Origin: Octopus sinensis
Taxonomy: Eukaryota
DNA length: 64,000 nucleotides
NCBI RefSeq assembly: GCF_006345805.1
Contig: NC_043008.1
Span: 68,448,001 to 68,512,000 of the forward strand
Direction: 5' to 3'
The position numbers and the translations under genes were made by a program. This document shows, piece by piece, positions 12,441 to 25,425 of the stretch. How positions within the stretch are numbered: the first letter of the stretch is position 1; the number at the start of each line of letters is the position of its first letter. A model generated the notes under the pieces. That model worked only from the letters and a program-made list of their open reading frames with translations, was not told the origin of the DNA and searched no databases.

Positions 12441-15208
12441 TGCCCTTCCTAACACCAACCATTTTATAATGTGTACTCTGTATTTTCTTGCCACCACTAA
12501 TAAGGAGGTTGCCCAGTAACTAACAATACAGGAAAATAGAAGTGTGTGGGAAGTGTTTGAAAGGGGGAAGTGGCTTTATGCCAGGTGTTGAGAGGCTAAA
12601 GTATGATAGAGAGACAAGCGCTACTGTCTTACTCTAGATGAGATACATGGTTACCTTGCATAATATAAGGGTGAGCAGAAATAGGTGGAAGATAATAAAG
12701 ATGTTTATGATGGGATGCCAGAGTGAACTCGCAAAGTATAAGAAATTGAGTAGATATGGTCAGTGAATTTTTGGTAGGTAGGGTTAGTTTTATGAAGGTG
12801 TGATGGGAGTGTTAGAGATAGAGATAAAGGTGAAGGTGCTGACTGATGAACAAGGGTGAAGGTGTGGTTGATGGGAGATAGTAGTATGGAAAGGAATAAG
12901 ATGAGAGAGATAGAAATGGCCCAGGAAAGAAGATAGATCAGAAAGTAGTGGGGTGATGTGCAAGGTGTAGGAGTGGTGGGAAGGGAGATGTAAATATGGG
13001 TGGCTATAGTGTGTGGAACATGATGGTAGATATGAGATGGCGTTGAGAATGGTAGTAGATATGTGTGGTGTTAAAGATGAAATGTGGCTGAAGAAAGATT
13101 GGCCAAAACTGACTGGAGCTTGGTGCAGCTCTCCAGCTTACCAGCTCCATTATACCATCTGATCCATGCCAGCATGGAAAACGGATGTTAAATGACGATG
13201 ATGATGATACCAGGGCCGCCTGACTGGCTCCCGTACAAGTGGTATATAAAAAGCACTATCCAAACGTGATTGATGCCCGGCCTACCTGACTGACTCCTGT
13301 GCCGGTGGCACATAAAAATCACCCACAACACTCTTGGAGTGGTTAGAGATGGGGATAAATATTTATAAGCATAGGCATGATTGTTAGTTAAGTAGCTTAT
13401 TTCTTCCCAACCTTATGGTTTTGGATTCTGTTCTACTGTGAAGCACCTTGAGCAAGTGTCTTCTACTATATCCTCAGGCTGACCAACACCTTGCGAGGAA
13501 ATTTGGTCAATGTAAACTAGAGGAAACCCTTCATATATGTGTGCTTGTGTCTTCTAGTCTCAATATTGCATGATAATTACGAATGTTTTTGTCATTCAGT
13601 GTTCATTTACAACAATCAGGTAATGTCAAGACAAGGAAACACTAACATGCATTCAGCTACACTTACTTTGAAGAAAAGTACTTTCATCATCATCATCATC
13701 ATCGTTTAACATCCATTTTCCATATTGGTATGGGTTAGACAGTTTGACTGAGGTCTGAAAAGCCAGCAGGTGCACCACACTCCAATCTGATCTGGCAATG
13801 TTTCTACAGCTGGTTGCCCTTCCTAACACAACCATTTTATAATGTGTACTCTGTATTTTCTTGCCACCACTAATAAGGAGGTTGCCCAGTAACTAACAAT
13901 ACAGGAAAATAGAAGTGTGTGGGAAGTGTTTGAAAGGGGGAAGTGGCTTTATGCCAGGTGTTGAGAGGCTAAAGTATGATAGAGAGACAAGCGCTACTGT
14001 CTTACTCTAGATGAGATACATGGTTACCTTGCATAATATAAGGGTGAGCAGAAATAGGTGGAAGATAATAAAGATGTTTATGATGGGATGCCAGAGTGAA
14101 CTCGCAAAGTATAAGAAATTGAGTAGATATGGTCAGTGAATTTTTGGTAGGTAGGGTTAGTTTTATGAAGGTGTGATGGGAGTGTTAGAGATAGAGATAA
14201 AGGTGAAGGTGCTGACTGATGAACAAGGGTGAAGGTGTGGTTGATGGGAGATAGTAGTATGGAAAGGAATAAGATGAGAGAGATAGAAATGGCCCAGGAA
14301 AGAAGATAGATCAGAAAGTAGTGGGGTGATGTGCAAGGTGTAGGAGTGGTGGGAAGGGAGATGTAAATATGGGTGGCTATAGTGTGTGGAACATGATGGT
14401 AGATATGAGATGGCGTTGAGAATGGTAGTAGATATGTGTGGTGTTAAAGATGAAATGTGGCTGAAGAAAGATTGGCCAAAACTGACTGGAGCTTGGTGCA
14501 GCTCTCCAGCTTACCAGCTCCATTATACCATCTGATCCATGCCAGCATGGAAAACGGATGTTAAATGACGATGATGATGATACCAGGGCCGCCTGACTGG
14601 CTCCCGTACAAGTGGTATATAAAAAGCACTATCCAAACGTGATTGATGCCCGGCCTACCTGACTGACTCCTGTGCCGGTGGCACATAAAAATCACCCACA
14701 ACACTCTTGGAGTGGTTAGAGATGGGGATAAATATTTATAAGCATAGGCATGATTGTTAGTTAAGTAGCTTATTTCTTCCCAACCTTATGGTTTTGGATT
14801 CTGTTCTACTGTGAAGCACCTTGAGCAAGTGTCTTCTACTATATCCTCAGGCTGACCAACACCTTGCGAGGAAATTTGGTCAATGTAAACTAGAGGAAAC
14901 CCTTCATATATGTGTGCTTGTGTCTTCTAGTCTCAATATTGCATGATAATTACGAATGTTTTTGTCATTCAGTGTTCATTTACAACAATCAGGTAATGTC
15001 AAGACAAGGAAACACTAACATGCATTCAGCTACACTTACTTTGAAGAAAAGTACTTTCATCATCATCATCATCATCGTTTAACATCCGTTTTCCATATTG
15101 GTATGGGTTAGACAGTTTGACTGAGGTCTGAAAAGCCAGCAGGTGCACCACACTCCAATCTGATCTGGCAATGTTTCTACAGCTGGTTGCCCTTCCTAAC
15201 ACCAACCA
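12441..15208. repeat. 1373-bp near-perfect tandem duplication
   Basis: Landmarks offset by 1373 (12481/13854, 13211/14584, 13681/15054, 13801/15174); junctions fall in TGCCCTTCCTAACAC(C)AACCA at 12441, 13815 and 15188. Confidence 0.95.
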
Positions 15209-15684
15209 CTCCGAGAGTGTTATAGGTGCTTTTTACATGCTGCCAGCCAGGTGGGCCTGGCATCGATCACGTTTGGATAGTGCTTTTTACATGTCACTGG
15301 AACAGGAACCAGTCAGGCGAGCCTGGCATTGATCACGTTCGGATAGCGCTTTTTACATGCCACTGGCATGGCAGCCAGTCAGCGGGCGCTGGTATCGGCC
15401 ATGTTCGGATGGTGCTTTTTACATGTCACTGGCATGGGAGCTACTCAGGCCAGTGACATGTAAAAAGCATCGTGTTATTTATTTGCCCTGAGGTGCCCAG
15501 ACACTTTCTAGTTACTGTTTGGGCCCATTGTAAACTATAACCAATGACACCATTGTACACAAAAGGACTACAAGAGCAATTTGTTTTATCAGTATTAACC
15601 AAACTTTATAACAATGGCATGTTTGAAATTTTATTCAGTCACCTTGTTTAAACTTTATTGTTCATGTAGTAAGCTATGAGATTC

Positions 15685-15936
15685 TTACATTCTCTCAATT
15701 TCCTGTAATTCAGGCCGCCTCATGGTTGCAGCAGACAAAATGGGAAAAGTGTTGCCCCAGAGGATAGCAAGGGGGATGTGTTGGAACAGTCACCCTGGCT
15801 CGTGGGACTTGCACTTGTAGATAGCTGTCTCCACCTTGATAGCAGTGAACAGAGATGTGGTCCGGGGACTGAGTACACTGGAGGTCTGCACTGCCACAGG
15901 CTTGGCCCTAAACTTGTCTGAGAGCAACCGATACTT
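15685..15936 (-). mobile_element. CRE-clade-like non-LTR retrotransposon C-terminus (restriction-like endonuclease end)
   Basis: Single frame KYRLLSDKFRAKPVAVQTSSVLSPRTTSLF...HEPG*LFQHIPLAILWGNTFPILSAA..., resembling the KY..L...F.PVAVET.GV.GP...W.FQRISLA..RGN pattern of CRE RLE domains; one in-frame TGA. Confidence 0.7.
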
Positions 15937-16034
15937 TTAAATTGTACTAATTTAAAATTTTGTTTGAAAGAATTATCTCCCTTTATACAATGCGATATCA
16001 CATTCCCTTTTTTTGGCAGAAATTTAATTATGCA

Positions 16035-16264
16035 GCGGTGAGCTGGCAGAAACGTTAGCACACCGGGTGAAATGCTTAGCCGTATTTCGCCTGCTGTTAC
16101 GTTCTGAGTTCAAATTCCGCCGCGGTCGACTTTGCCATTCATCCTTTCGGGGTCGATAAATTAAGTACCAGTTACGCACTGGGGTCGATGTAATTGACTT
16201 AATCCGTTTGTCTGTCCTTGCTTGTCCCCTCTATCTTTAGCCCTTTGTGGGCAATTAAGAAATA
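16035..16264 (+). mobile_element. Young Deu/Nin-like tRNA SINE with 17-bp TSD
   Basis: TSD AGAAATTTAATTATGCA at 16018-16034 and 16265-16281; CpG-intact body. Confidence 0.85.
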
Positions 16265-16384
16265 AGAAATTTAATTATGCACTTCGATAAAAAAAACATA
16301 AGCTCATTTCTAATTTTAAATTGCTGTAAACATTCACTCTCATTCACACATATACACTGACTCTTTGTTTTTTCTTAATTGCAG

Positions 16385-16575
16385 GTGTTTCATGGTGCCA
16401 ACTGCGATGTGGACTGGTTACAGAGAGACTTTGGTATTTATGTAGTGAATATGTTTGATACTGGGCAAGCGTCTCGAATACTAAACTATGAACGTTTCTC
16501 ACTGTCTTATTTAATGGAGAGGTATTGTCAAAAAGAAATTGATAAACAATATCGATTAGCTGACTGGAGAATCCG
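16385..16575 (+). CDS. EXOSC10: EXOSC10 exon (VFHGANCDVDWLQRDFGIYVVNMFDTGQASRILNYERFSLSYLMERYCQKEIDKQYRLADWRIR), ExoII Asp
   Basis: ttgcAG acceptor, GTAAGT donor at 16576; 191 nt, phase 0/2; HGA.CD.WLQRDFG and ADWRIR motifs. Confidence 0.98.
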
Positions 16576-18413
16576 GTAAGTTCCCATATCTTTAACCTTT
16601 TTGTTACCATATAGGCGTAGGAGTGGTTGTGGTAAGTAGCTTGCTTACGAACCACATGGTTCCGGGTTCAGTCCCACTGCGTGGCACCTTGGGCAAGTGT
16701 CTTCTACTATAGCCTCTGGCCAACCAAAGCCTTGTGAGTGGATTTGGTAGACGGAAACTGAAAGAAGCTCCCTCGTATATATGTATGTAAGTGTGTATAT
16801 GTTTGTGTGTCTGTGTTTGTCCTCCCCAACATTGCTTGACAACCGATGGTGGTGTGTTTACGTCCCCTGTAACTTAGCGGTTTGGCAAAAGAGACTGATA
16901 GAATAAGTACTAGGCTTACAAAGAATAAGTCCTGGGGTCGATTTGCTTGACTAAAGGTGATGCTGCAGCATGGCCACAGTCCAATGACTGAAACAAGTAA
17001 AAGAAAAAGAGATATTTCTGTTGAAATACACTGGTTTTATTTCAGATTATTCTGAAAATAATAAAAGAGCAGGTGTGGGTGTGTGGGGAAGAAGTTTGCT
17101 TTTTAGTCACATGGTTTTGGGTTCAGTGACACTGTATGGCACCCTGGGCAAGTGTTTTCTACTGTAGTCTCATGTTGGACATAGCTTTGTGAGTAGTTTT
17201 GGTAGATGGAAACTGAAAAGCCCATTGTATATGTACATATATGTGTGTGTGTGTCTGTGTGTGCTTGCTTGTGTTTCTTTGTCTTGACATTGCATGATGG
17301 TTGTAAATGAGTGTCACTGTCATACAAGCAGTGTCATTTATTTCCAATATTCTACACCAAAATGCTTGGTTATGGGGAAATGTTTTCTTTCTAGGAAATA
17401 GGTGAGGGTTGGTGACAGGAAGGGCATCTGTTCTTAGAAAATCTGCTTCAGTGAGCATCATCTGACCCATGCAAGAATGGAAAAGTGGATGTTGATATGA
17501 TGATGATGATGAAAGAATTTAGTAAACAAAACTCTGCTTGCGAAGACCTGTTGAGGCAAGTGAAATCGAAATCGAACCAAATTCGATGACCGGCACCCAT
17601 GCCAATCTTTCTTCATTGGACACTAAACTTTGCTTGTGAAGACCTGTTGGAGCAAGTGAAATTGAAATTGAGCTACATTCGATGACTGGCACCCATGCCA
17701 GTGGAGCACTAACAGCTCCATCCGAGTGGGATCACTGACAGAGCAGCTGTCTGGCTTCTGTGCTAGTGGCACGTAAAAAGCACCATTTGAGCATAATAGT
17801 TTCAAATTTTGCCACAAGGGCAGCCATTTTAGGGGAGGGGGCTGAGTTGATTACATTGACCCCAGTGTTCAACTGGTACTTATTTTATCAACCTCAAAAA
17901 GATGAATGGCAAAGTCGACCTTGGCGAAATTTGAACTTGGAACATAGCAGTGGGAAAAATACCACTAAGCATTTCATCCAGCATGCTAACAATTCTGCCA
18001 CCTCACCGCCTTAATAATAATAGTAATAATAATAATAATAATAGTAATAATAACAATAATAATAATAATAATAATCATCATCATCATCGTTTAACGTCCG
18101 CTTTCCATGCTAGCATTGGTTAGACGGTTCAACTGGGGTCTGGGAAGCCAGAAGGCTGCACCAGGCCCAGTCTGATCTGGCAGTGTTTCTACAGCTGGAT
18201 GCCCTTACTAAACGCCAACCACTCCATGAGTGTAGTGGATGCTTTTTACATGCCACTGGCACGGAGGCTAGCTGGGGCCCGCGTGCCGGTGGCACGTAAA
18301 AAATAATGATAATAATAATAATAATAATGATAATAGTTGTTGTGAGGAAATGTAACTAATAATCATAATATTTATCAGTATAACTGTTTGATGTATTTAT
18401 CCTCTTTTTCTAG

Positions 18414-18570
18414 GCCTCTTCCTGATGTTTTAATTAACTATGCCCGTGAAGACACACATTACTTACTGTATATTTATAATTGTATGAAGAATGAGCTCAT
18501 TGAGAAAGGTAACCTGAATAAGAACTTAGTAAAGGCTGTTTTACAGAGGAGTACAGAGATATGTAAAAAG
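18414..18570 (+). CDS. EXOSC10: EXOSC10 exon (PLPDVLINYAREDTHYLLYIYNCMKNELIEKGNLNKNLVKAVLQRSTEICKK), ExoIII YxxxD
   Basis: tttttctAG acceptor, GTAAGT donor at 18571; 157 nt, phase 2/0 completes the CG+G Arg codon; YAREDTHYL motif. Confidence 0.98.
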
Positions 18571-18954
18571 GTAAGTTTTTATTTCTTTTGAGTTTGATAT
18601 TTGTTTTCACACTTTGAAAATTTTAGGTTTTTTATAGATTTTATAATGTCATGTGTTAGATTCTGAACTTTGTCTCAGTGATATAAATGTGATGGGAGAA
18701 GAGGTTATAGTGGATGTAATCAATCTTTGTTGGAGCCAGTATTGAGTGGGGGGAAATCCTCTGTGTGGTAACTCAGTTTGTTAAAAATAGCAGTCAAATC
18801 TTCAAACTTCATCCTACTATCTTAAAAAAAGTGGCATATTGACAATATAACACTAATCTTGAAGGTTGGCCAGCCATAATGTCATCATCATCATCATCGT
18901 TTAACGTCCGTCTTCCGCGCTAGCACGGGGTAATAAAAATAATAATAATAATAA

Positions 18955-19725
18955 GTGTTATCATGTACATTGTTTTGTCTTGGTATAAAAGATGGGCTAT
19001 AGCAAATATTCCTCTGAATACCTCAGATTTGCTTGTCAGTTGTTTGACCTTAACCAGTTGACCATGTCCCTTAGTGGCTGATGATATGTGCCTCTGATCA
19101 TGAGCAGAAGTAGGGAGGGAACATCATTGCTATGTGTTCAGAGGAATTCTTTGGAGTTTTGGATAATTCACCCCTTAACAACTCTTATTCAGGGACTTTT
19201 TGAACAGGATGGGCTACTCAACTTGAAGAAAATTTTATTTTGTCTTGGTATAAAAGATGGGCTACAGCAAATATTCTGCTCAATACCACAGATTTACTTG
19301 GCAGATGCTTGACTTAACCAGTTCAGCAGGTACCTTGGTGGCTGACAAGGTGTGCATCTCTGATCATGAGCAGAAATAGTGGGGGAGCATCATAGCCATG
19401 TGCTGAGAGGAATTCTTTAGGGTTTGAATAATACACCTCTGGAAACATGGGCGTTTTGTTCAACATCCTTAAACAACCCTTATTGAGGGATCTTTTGAGT
19501 AATATGGGCTACCTGACCTGAAGAAAATTCTAACTGGCCCCTCCTATAAGGTTATGCACTGTTTATCTTGATATGAGATCACTATTTCCTGCACAAATGG
19601 CTGTGATGCATATGCCGGGTGTACCTTTATCTGATGGGTAGTCATGATGGGTATATTGAGCTTTGTATATTTGTATATATTGGGCTTTGTATATTTGATG
19701 GCTTGCACTACTCTCTCTCTCTCTC

Positions 19726-19758
<33 letters not shown>

Positions 19759-19770
19759 CATAATAATCAA
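18955..19770 (+). mobile_element. Unclassified (AAT)n-tailed interspersed repeat, here with a partial internal tandem duplication; other copies at 54950-55490 (+), 51895-52430 (-) and 58300-58645 (-)
   Basis: Shared ~500-bp body (...GGGCTACAGCAAATATTCTGCTCAATACCACAG...CACTGCTCTCTCACTCAATAATAAT). Confidence 0.75.
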
Positions 19771-19841
19771 CATCATCATCATATATGGAGGCTAGTCACA
19801 GATTGATCTGAAGTCACTGAATTCGAAAATCTTAATTTCAG

Positions 19842-19990
19842 GTTTACACAAAGCCAATTTATAATGATGAATCATATCAAGTGTTGTACAAAAAAAGTCG
19901 TAAAACCTTCAACCCTCAACAGATGTTTGCCTTGAAGAAGATGCATTCTTGGAGAGAGAAGACAGCACGTAGTCAAGACGAAAGCTTGAA
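19842..19990 (+). CDS. EXOSC10: EXOSC10 exon (VYTKPIYNDESYQVLYKKSRKTFNPQQMFALKKMHSWREKTARSQDESL), start of HRDC domain
   Basis: atttcAG acceptor, GTAAAA donor at 19991; 149 nt, phase 0/2; WR.KTAR.QDES motif. Not in the ORF track (no in-frame start codon). Confidence 0.95.
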
Positions 19991-20399
19991 GTAAAACCCA
20001 GTTTGCTTTTTTCTACAATTCTTTTCACTGTTTTACATTTATGTTATCCCATTGACTTTTTATAACCTGATTGTTTTAAGTTGGATCAGTTGAGTTTTTT
20101 TCCACAGCTAGATTACCCTACCTGTCACTGACCACTCAGTCATAAAGTAGAGGTTGGACCCTGGTTTGTTTTGAGTCATGATAAAAATGAAGCAAGTTAG
20201 AACTATGTACTTTGGTCACGGGCAAAACCTAATGGCTATATTAATAACATTTGATCATATGACGTGAACATGTGACCAGTGATCCAGTACTCTACATTAG
20301 TTTTTGTACTGTATTTTTATATTTAAGCAAAAAGTCACCCTTCTATATATCATACAGCTTGCAAGGTTTCCTGCCTCCCAATCTTCCTACACACCACTC

Positions 20400-20604
20400 T
20401 ACAACTATGATAGCTCTATAAGCAGTACTTCTGTGGAGAGATGTTCATGTTTGCTACTTGATTTGCTTTTGTGTTACTGTTGTGTGGACGCTCCCAGATG
20501 ATGAAGTAGGCTAGTCCAATACGTAGATATAGAGGGAGATGTCTAGATGTCGGGAGTTGAGTAGAGGTCATCCGAACCTGTGATATAACAGTGGCGACGA
20601 GGAT
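20400..20604 (+). mobile_element. LTR 3' end plus tRNA-Ser primer-binding site of a truncated LTR retrotransposon
   Basis: ...TGTGATATAACA (ends 20590) then G then TGGCGACGAGGAT (20592-20604), complementary to the CCA 3' end of tRNA-Ser(GCT); left boundary uncertain. Confidence 0.6.
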
Positions 20605-20681
20605 TTCGTAGCTCACACACCATGTGTGCAAATGTGTCTGATCATTCCAAATTATGACAGTGTCCCTTCCATCACCCTTAA

Positions 20682-21342
20682 CCCATTATTGTTTATAGCA
20701 ATCATATCCAGCCCCAAATTTTCTGTCTGTTTTATGTTCAAACTGGCCAGATCTGGCTTTTCACACCCACCTATCAATGTCATTCAAAAAACTTAAACAC
20801 TCACATCATTGAAATCTCAAAACTATGTGATAAATGCATGATTAATTCAAATCAATGTAAGTGAATAAGCATTACATTTGATAGAATAATCATCGTCATT
20901 TAGCATCGGTTTTTCATGCTGGCATGGGTTAGATGGTTTGACTGGAACTGGCAAACTTGAGAACTGCACCAAGTTCCACTCTGGTTTGGCATGGTTTCTA
21001 CAGCTGGATGCCCTTCCTAATGCCAACCACTTTAAGAATGTAATAGGTGCTTTTATGTGCCACCGGCATCGGTCACAACTACAATTTCACTTGGTTTGAT
21101 AAATCTTCTCAAGCACAACATATAACCAAAGGTCTCAGTCACTTGTCATCGCCTCTATAAGGCCCATCGTTCTAAGATCATGCTTCACCACCTCATCTCA
21201 TGTCTTCATGAGTCTACCTTTTCCACAGGTTTCCTCCACAGTTAGAAATCGGCATTTCTTTACACAGCTCTCTTCATCCATATGCATCACATGGCCATAC
21301 CAGTGTAGTCGTCTCTCTTGCAATAATCTGAATGCTAATGGG
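20682..21342. mobile_element. TTAA MITE interrupted by an RTE 3' fragment (20891-21321)
   Basis: TTAA at 20678-20681 and 21343-21346; TIR CCCATTA/TAATGGG; RTE insert flanked by an AATAAT duplication (20885-20890, 21322-21327). Confidence 0.8.
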
Positions 21343-21584
21343 TTAAACTATGCTTTCCAGAAGTAGGACTTGCCCTTGCCCAACTCTTTAATCTCTCTGG
21401 ATATGTACAGGCATATGCTCTATGATGCATGCCATAATGTATCCCATCACCTGGAAAGAAAAATCTCTCTTTTGTTAGCTGTCGCTCTCACTTCCATGAT
21501 CTCAAAAGTAATGTTAACAGTTGTTAAAAACCACATTCCCTCACTCCTTGTTCTCTCCTCTGTGTCCTTCCCAACAACCAGTAC

Positions 21585-21992
21585 TGTTGTGACGTGTATT
21601 TTACGAATTGGCGCTGCATGTTCTTTTATAGTAGTTGTCAACATCATGTTTGATAGCGTTGGCAAATTTAAAAGAAAACACAGAACGAAATATTGTAAAA
21701 GAGCCAAGATTGTCAATGACTAGTGAGTCGAGGTTCAGACATTGAGACAAAAACAATCAATCGAAGAAAAGAAAATGAAGTAGAAAAAGCTGCAGCTGTT
21801 ATATAATAATTTCTACAACAGATTTCTGAAGATATTTATGATCAAACAGATAAAAAGAGTTGTTGCATTTGAAGGATACAGTCCCACTGCGTCACACCTT
21901 GGGCAAGTGTCTTCTAATATTGCCTCGGGCCAACCAAAGCTTTGTGAGTGGATTTGGTAGACAGAAACTGAAAGAAGCCCGTTGTATATATG

Positions 21993-22030
<38 letters not shown>

Positions 22031-24821
22031 CGTATGTGTATGTATGCTTGACAACCGATGCTGGTGTGTTTACGTCCCCGTAACCTAGTGGTTCGGCAAA
22101 AGAGACCGATAGAATAAGTACTAGACTTACGAAGAATAAGTCCTGGGGTCAGTTTGCTTGACTAAAGGCAGTGCTGCAGCATGGCAACAGTCAAATAACC
22201 AAAACAAGTAAAAGAGTAAAGAGTATCACTTTTTTGTGTTAATAAACTCACAGTTTCCACAAGACCATCATATTTTTATATTCCTTGAATTATTGGTGAA
22301 GTCTGTATTTTCAGTCAGTCATTTTCTTTTGTATCTTGATACTGAGATATTTATCTCTTTTTGTGGTAACAAGTGAACAGTTTCCACAAGAAATTGGCAA
22401 TGAGGATGAGATAAGATTTGGCATTGGAGGTGGACTGAAAATCGAAAGCTCAAACCCACGTCAAAACTTCTGAAGCAAGACCTTCATTTGAATTGAAAAG
22501 GGTCTCAACAAAATGAAGAATGGCTTCCTTGAGCAATGTAAGAAGATTGATCAAAACAGTTATTCTCCCACTCCATGAACAGATTGCCACCCCAATATCC
22601 ATCATCTGCAATTGAGGAACAGGATTGTGTTCATCAAATTATTAAGCAAGATATACGAAATATCCAAAGAGCAATAGAATTTATCAAGAAACAACAGGCA
22701 AAGTGGGAAGAAATTGTTGAGAAATTGGAGCACAAAAGTCAAATGGACAGAGCAGCCAAAGAAGAAAGATACCTAACTGAATTTTGCAGTGGTGACTATA
22801 GGTACATAAAAACTCATCTGGATGCCCTTGACCAAGTAACAAAACTTGAAGAAATCACCTCAAGACAGATGCCAAGTTTGAATGATTATGCTAATTGAAG
22901 ACAACAAGGTCCGGCTGAAGATTCAGTGATGAGGACACCTGCAGACTGAATAAGACTACTGGAGATACAATTACCCACTTTCAGTGGTGACCAACTTGAA
23001 AGGCCAACCTTTTGGTCACTTTTCAAATCAGTGCTTCATGTCACTTCCAAATATGAGGTACCTAAAGTTCAGAAGTTCATTTATTTTGATCAAATGCAAA
23101 GCAAAAGAAATGATCAGCAGTTTGAATATAATGGCCAAAAACTACAGGCTCACAACTGAACTTTTGAAAGAATGCTATGGGCAAACACAAATTGCAAAGG
23201 CAGCTGAAAAACATCTGACTGACCAATGAAAATCCCAAATTGCTCTGGAAAACAATTGACAAGCAATTAAGTGCCAGTTACGCACTAGGGTTGATGTAAT
23301 CGACATAATCTGTTTGTCTATCCTTGTTTGTCCCCTCTGTGTGTAGCCCCTTGTTGGCAGTAAAGAAATATGAATTACAGAAAGGAAATGCTCAAGTGGT
23401 GAGGACAATTTTATCATTGAGTTGCAGAACCTGTGGAAGCTAGAAACCTTGGGGATCATGGACAAGCTGGAACTATCTGATGACGATTATGCTATTGATC
23501 AATTCAGTCAAACTATTTGTTTCATTGAAAACACAGATTTCAAGTTCAATTCCCATGGAAACTGCACCACCTGAAATTACCTACTATTTGTGGATTGGCC
23601 GTCAGTTGTTTGAAATGGCTTTCTCAATGGCTGGCATCAGATCAAAAATTATTCAAGAAATATGATGAATTTATTGAAAATCAAATTCACAAAGGAATTA
23701 TTGAAGAAATAATTGAAGAAGAAACTGAGAAGGTTCATTATTTAGCACACCATCCTGTACTCAAGCAAAACAATACACACACGAAGTTGAGAATTGTCTT
23801 CGATGTGAAGTGGAGAGAAATCAGAACATTCAGCTGTCTTGGTAAACATTGAGGCTTTCTGTGAAGAGAAATATCTGGAAGAAAATCAATCTACTGAAGA
23901 TATTATTAAAATCGGACATACTACAGATAACATGGATGAGAAAGAATCAGAGACATCTAATGTGGCATTAACAGATGTTTTCTTAAACAGCACAAATCTA
24001 TGAAGGGTATTCTTTGCTCCCTGACAAAACTTCTGTGGAAGACCTTGCTGAGGATCAACTACTTTCAAGTGATACCAAACCATCAGATATGTTAGCAGAT
24101 AACACCTTTGATAAAAACCAATTTGAAGAAGAATTACCTATCTCTTTAGATACAGACAAAGAAATAATAGGGATCAGGAGAGGCGTTGGTTGAAAAAGGT
24201 TGGTTTGACTTGTGTGCTTCAGCAGGATGTGGAATGGAAACAGGAGGAAGCCATAAGATTGGACAAAGATAGAGAGAAGATAAGATTAGAGAAAATGAAA
24301 TACTGTTTGAAATAAGTTTCTTGTCAGTTCATGTGAAAATTTTGACAACCTTTTATCACTGAGAGGTTGTGACGTGTATTTTATGAATTGGTGCCATGTG
24401 TTTTTTGTTGTGGCTGACAATGTCATGTTTGATGGTGTTGGCAAATTTAGAAGAAAACACAGAATGAAATATTGTAAGAAAGCCAAGATTGTTAATGACT
24501 AGTGAGTTGAGGTTCGGATGTTGAGATGAAAACAACCAAAGAGAAGAAAACAAAGAAGAAGAAGAAAATGTCACAATTGTTATATAACAATTTCTACTAC
24601 AAACTTCTGGAGATATTTATGATGAAACAGATAAAAAGAGTTGTTGCACTTGAAGGATACAAATCAACTGTATATATGTATCTCTTTTTTTTGTGTTAAT
24701 AAACTAACAGTTTCCACAAGAATTATTGGTGAAGTCTGTATTTTCGGTCAGTCATTCTCCTTTGTATCTTGATACCGAGATATTTATCTCTTTTTGTGGC
24801 AACAAGTAGACAGTTTCCATA
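21585..24821 (+). mobile_element. BEL/Pao LTR retrotransposon, internally deleted, with both LTRs and a 5-bp TSD
   Basis: 5' LTR 21585-22388 (split by a SINE), 3' LTR 24365-24821; TSD AGTAC at 21580-21584 and 24822-24826; PBS TGGCAATGAGGATGAGAT at 22395-22412; Gag-like EIQLPTFSGDQLERPTFWSLFKS and NYRLTTELLKECYG; LQNLWKLETLGI; KYDEFIENQIHKGIIEE...YLAHHPVLK...TKLRIVFD. Confidence 0.92.
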
Positions 24822-25425
24822 AGTACAGCTTGTATAGATCCATATCTTGTCTATCACTTTCCAGTGGTCTCTCACCATTCTGTACAGTCATAAAAAACCC
24901 GTCTCTGTCATCATCATTATCATCTTTTAACATCCACTTTCCATGCTGGAATGGGTTGGATGGTTTGATCAGAGCTGGTAAGCTGGGGAGCTGCACCAGG
25001 TTCCAGTCTGATTTGGTTTGGTTTCTACAGCTGGATGCCCTTCTTAATGCCAACCACTTCTCAGTGTGTGCTGGGTGCTTTTTACATGGCACCAGCACAG
25101 GACTCTTGCTGGCCAATACTCTTCACCAGGGCATATGACGTCAACACTTCTACTGTGGAGGACGGGTTTCCTTGGGTACAGCAAGGTGCCAGGTATCTCA
25201 GTCCTTTGTCATCTTGTCCAAAAGGTTCAGTGTTCTGAAGTTATCCTTCAGTACTTTGTCCCATATCTTCTTGGGTCTCAAAACAAAAAGAAAAAGGACC
25301 AGTTTTGAGCATTTGAGTCGATATAATTGATTAACCCTTCCTAACAAAATTCAGACCTCATGCTTTAGTTAGAAGCAATTGCTAGTATTATTATTATTAT
25401 TATTTTTCTTTTTGTTCTTTTCCAG

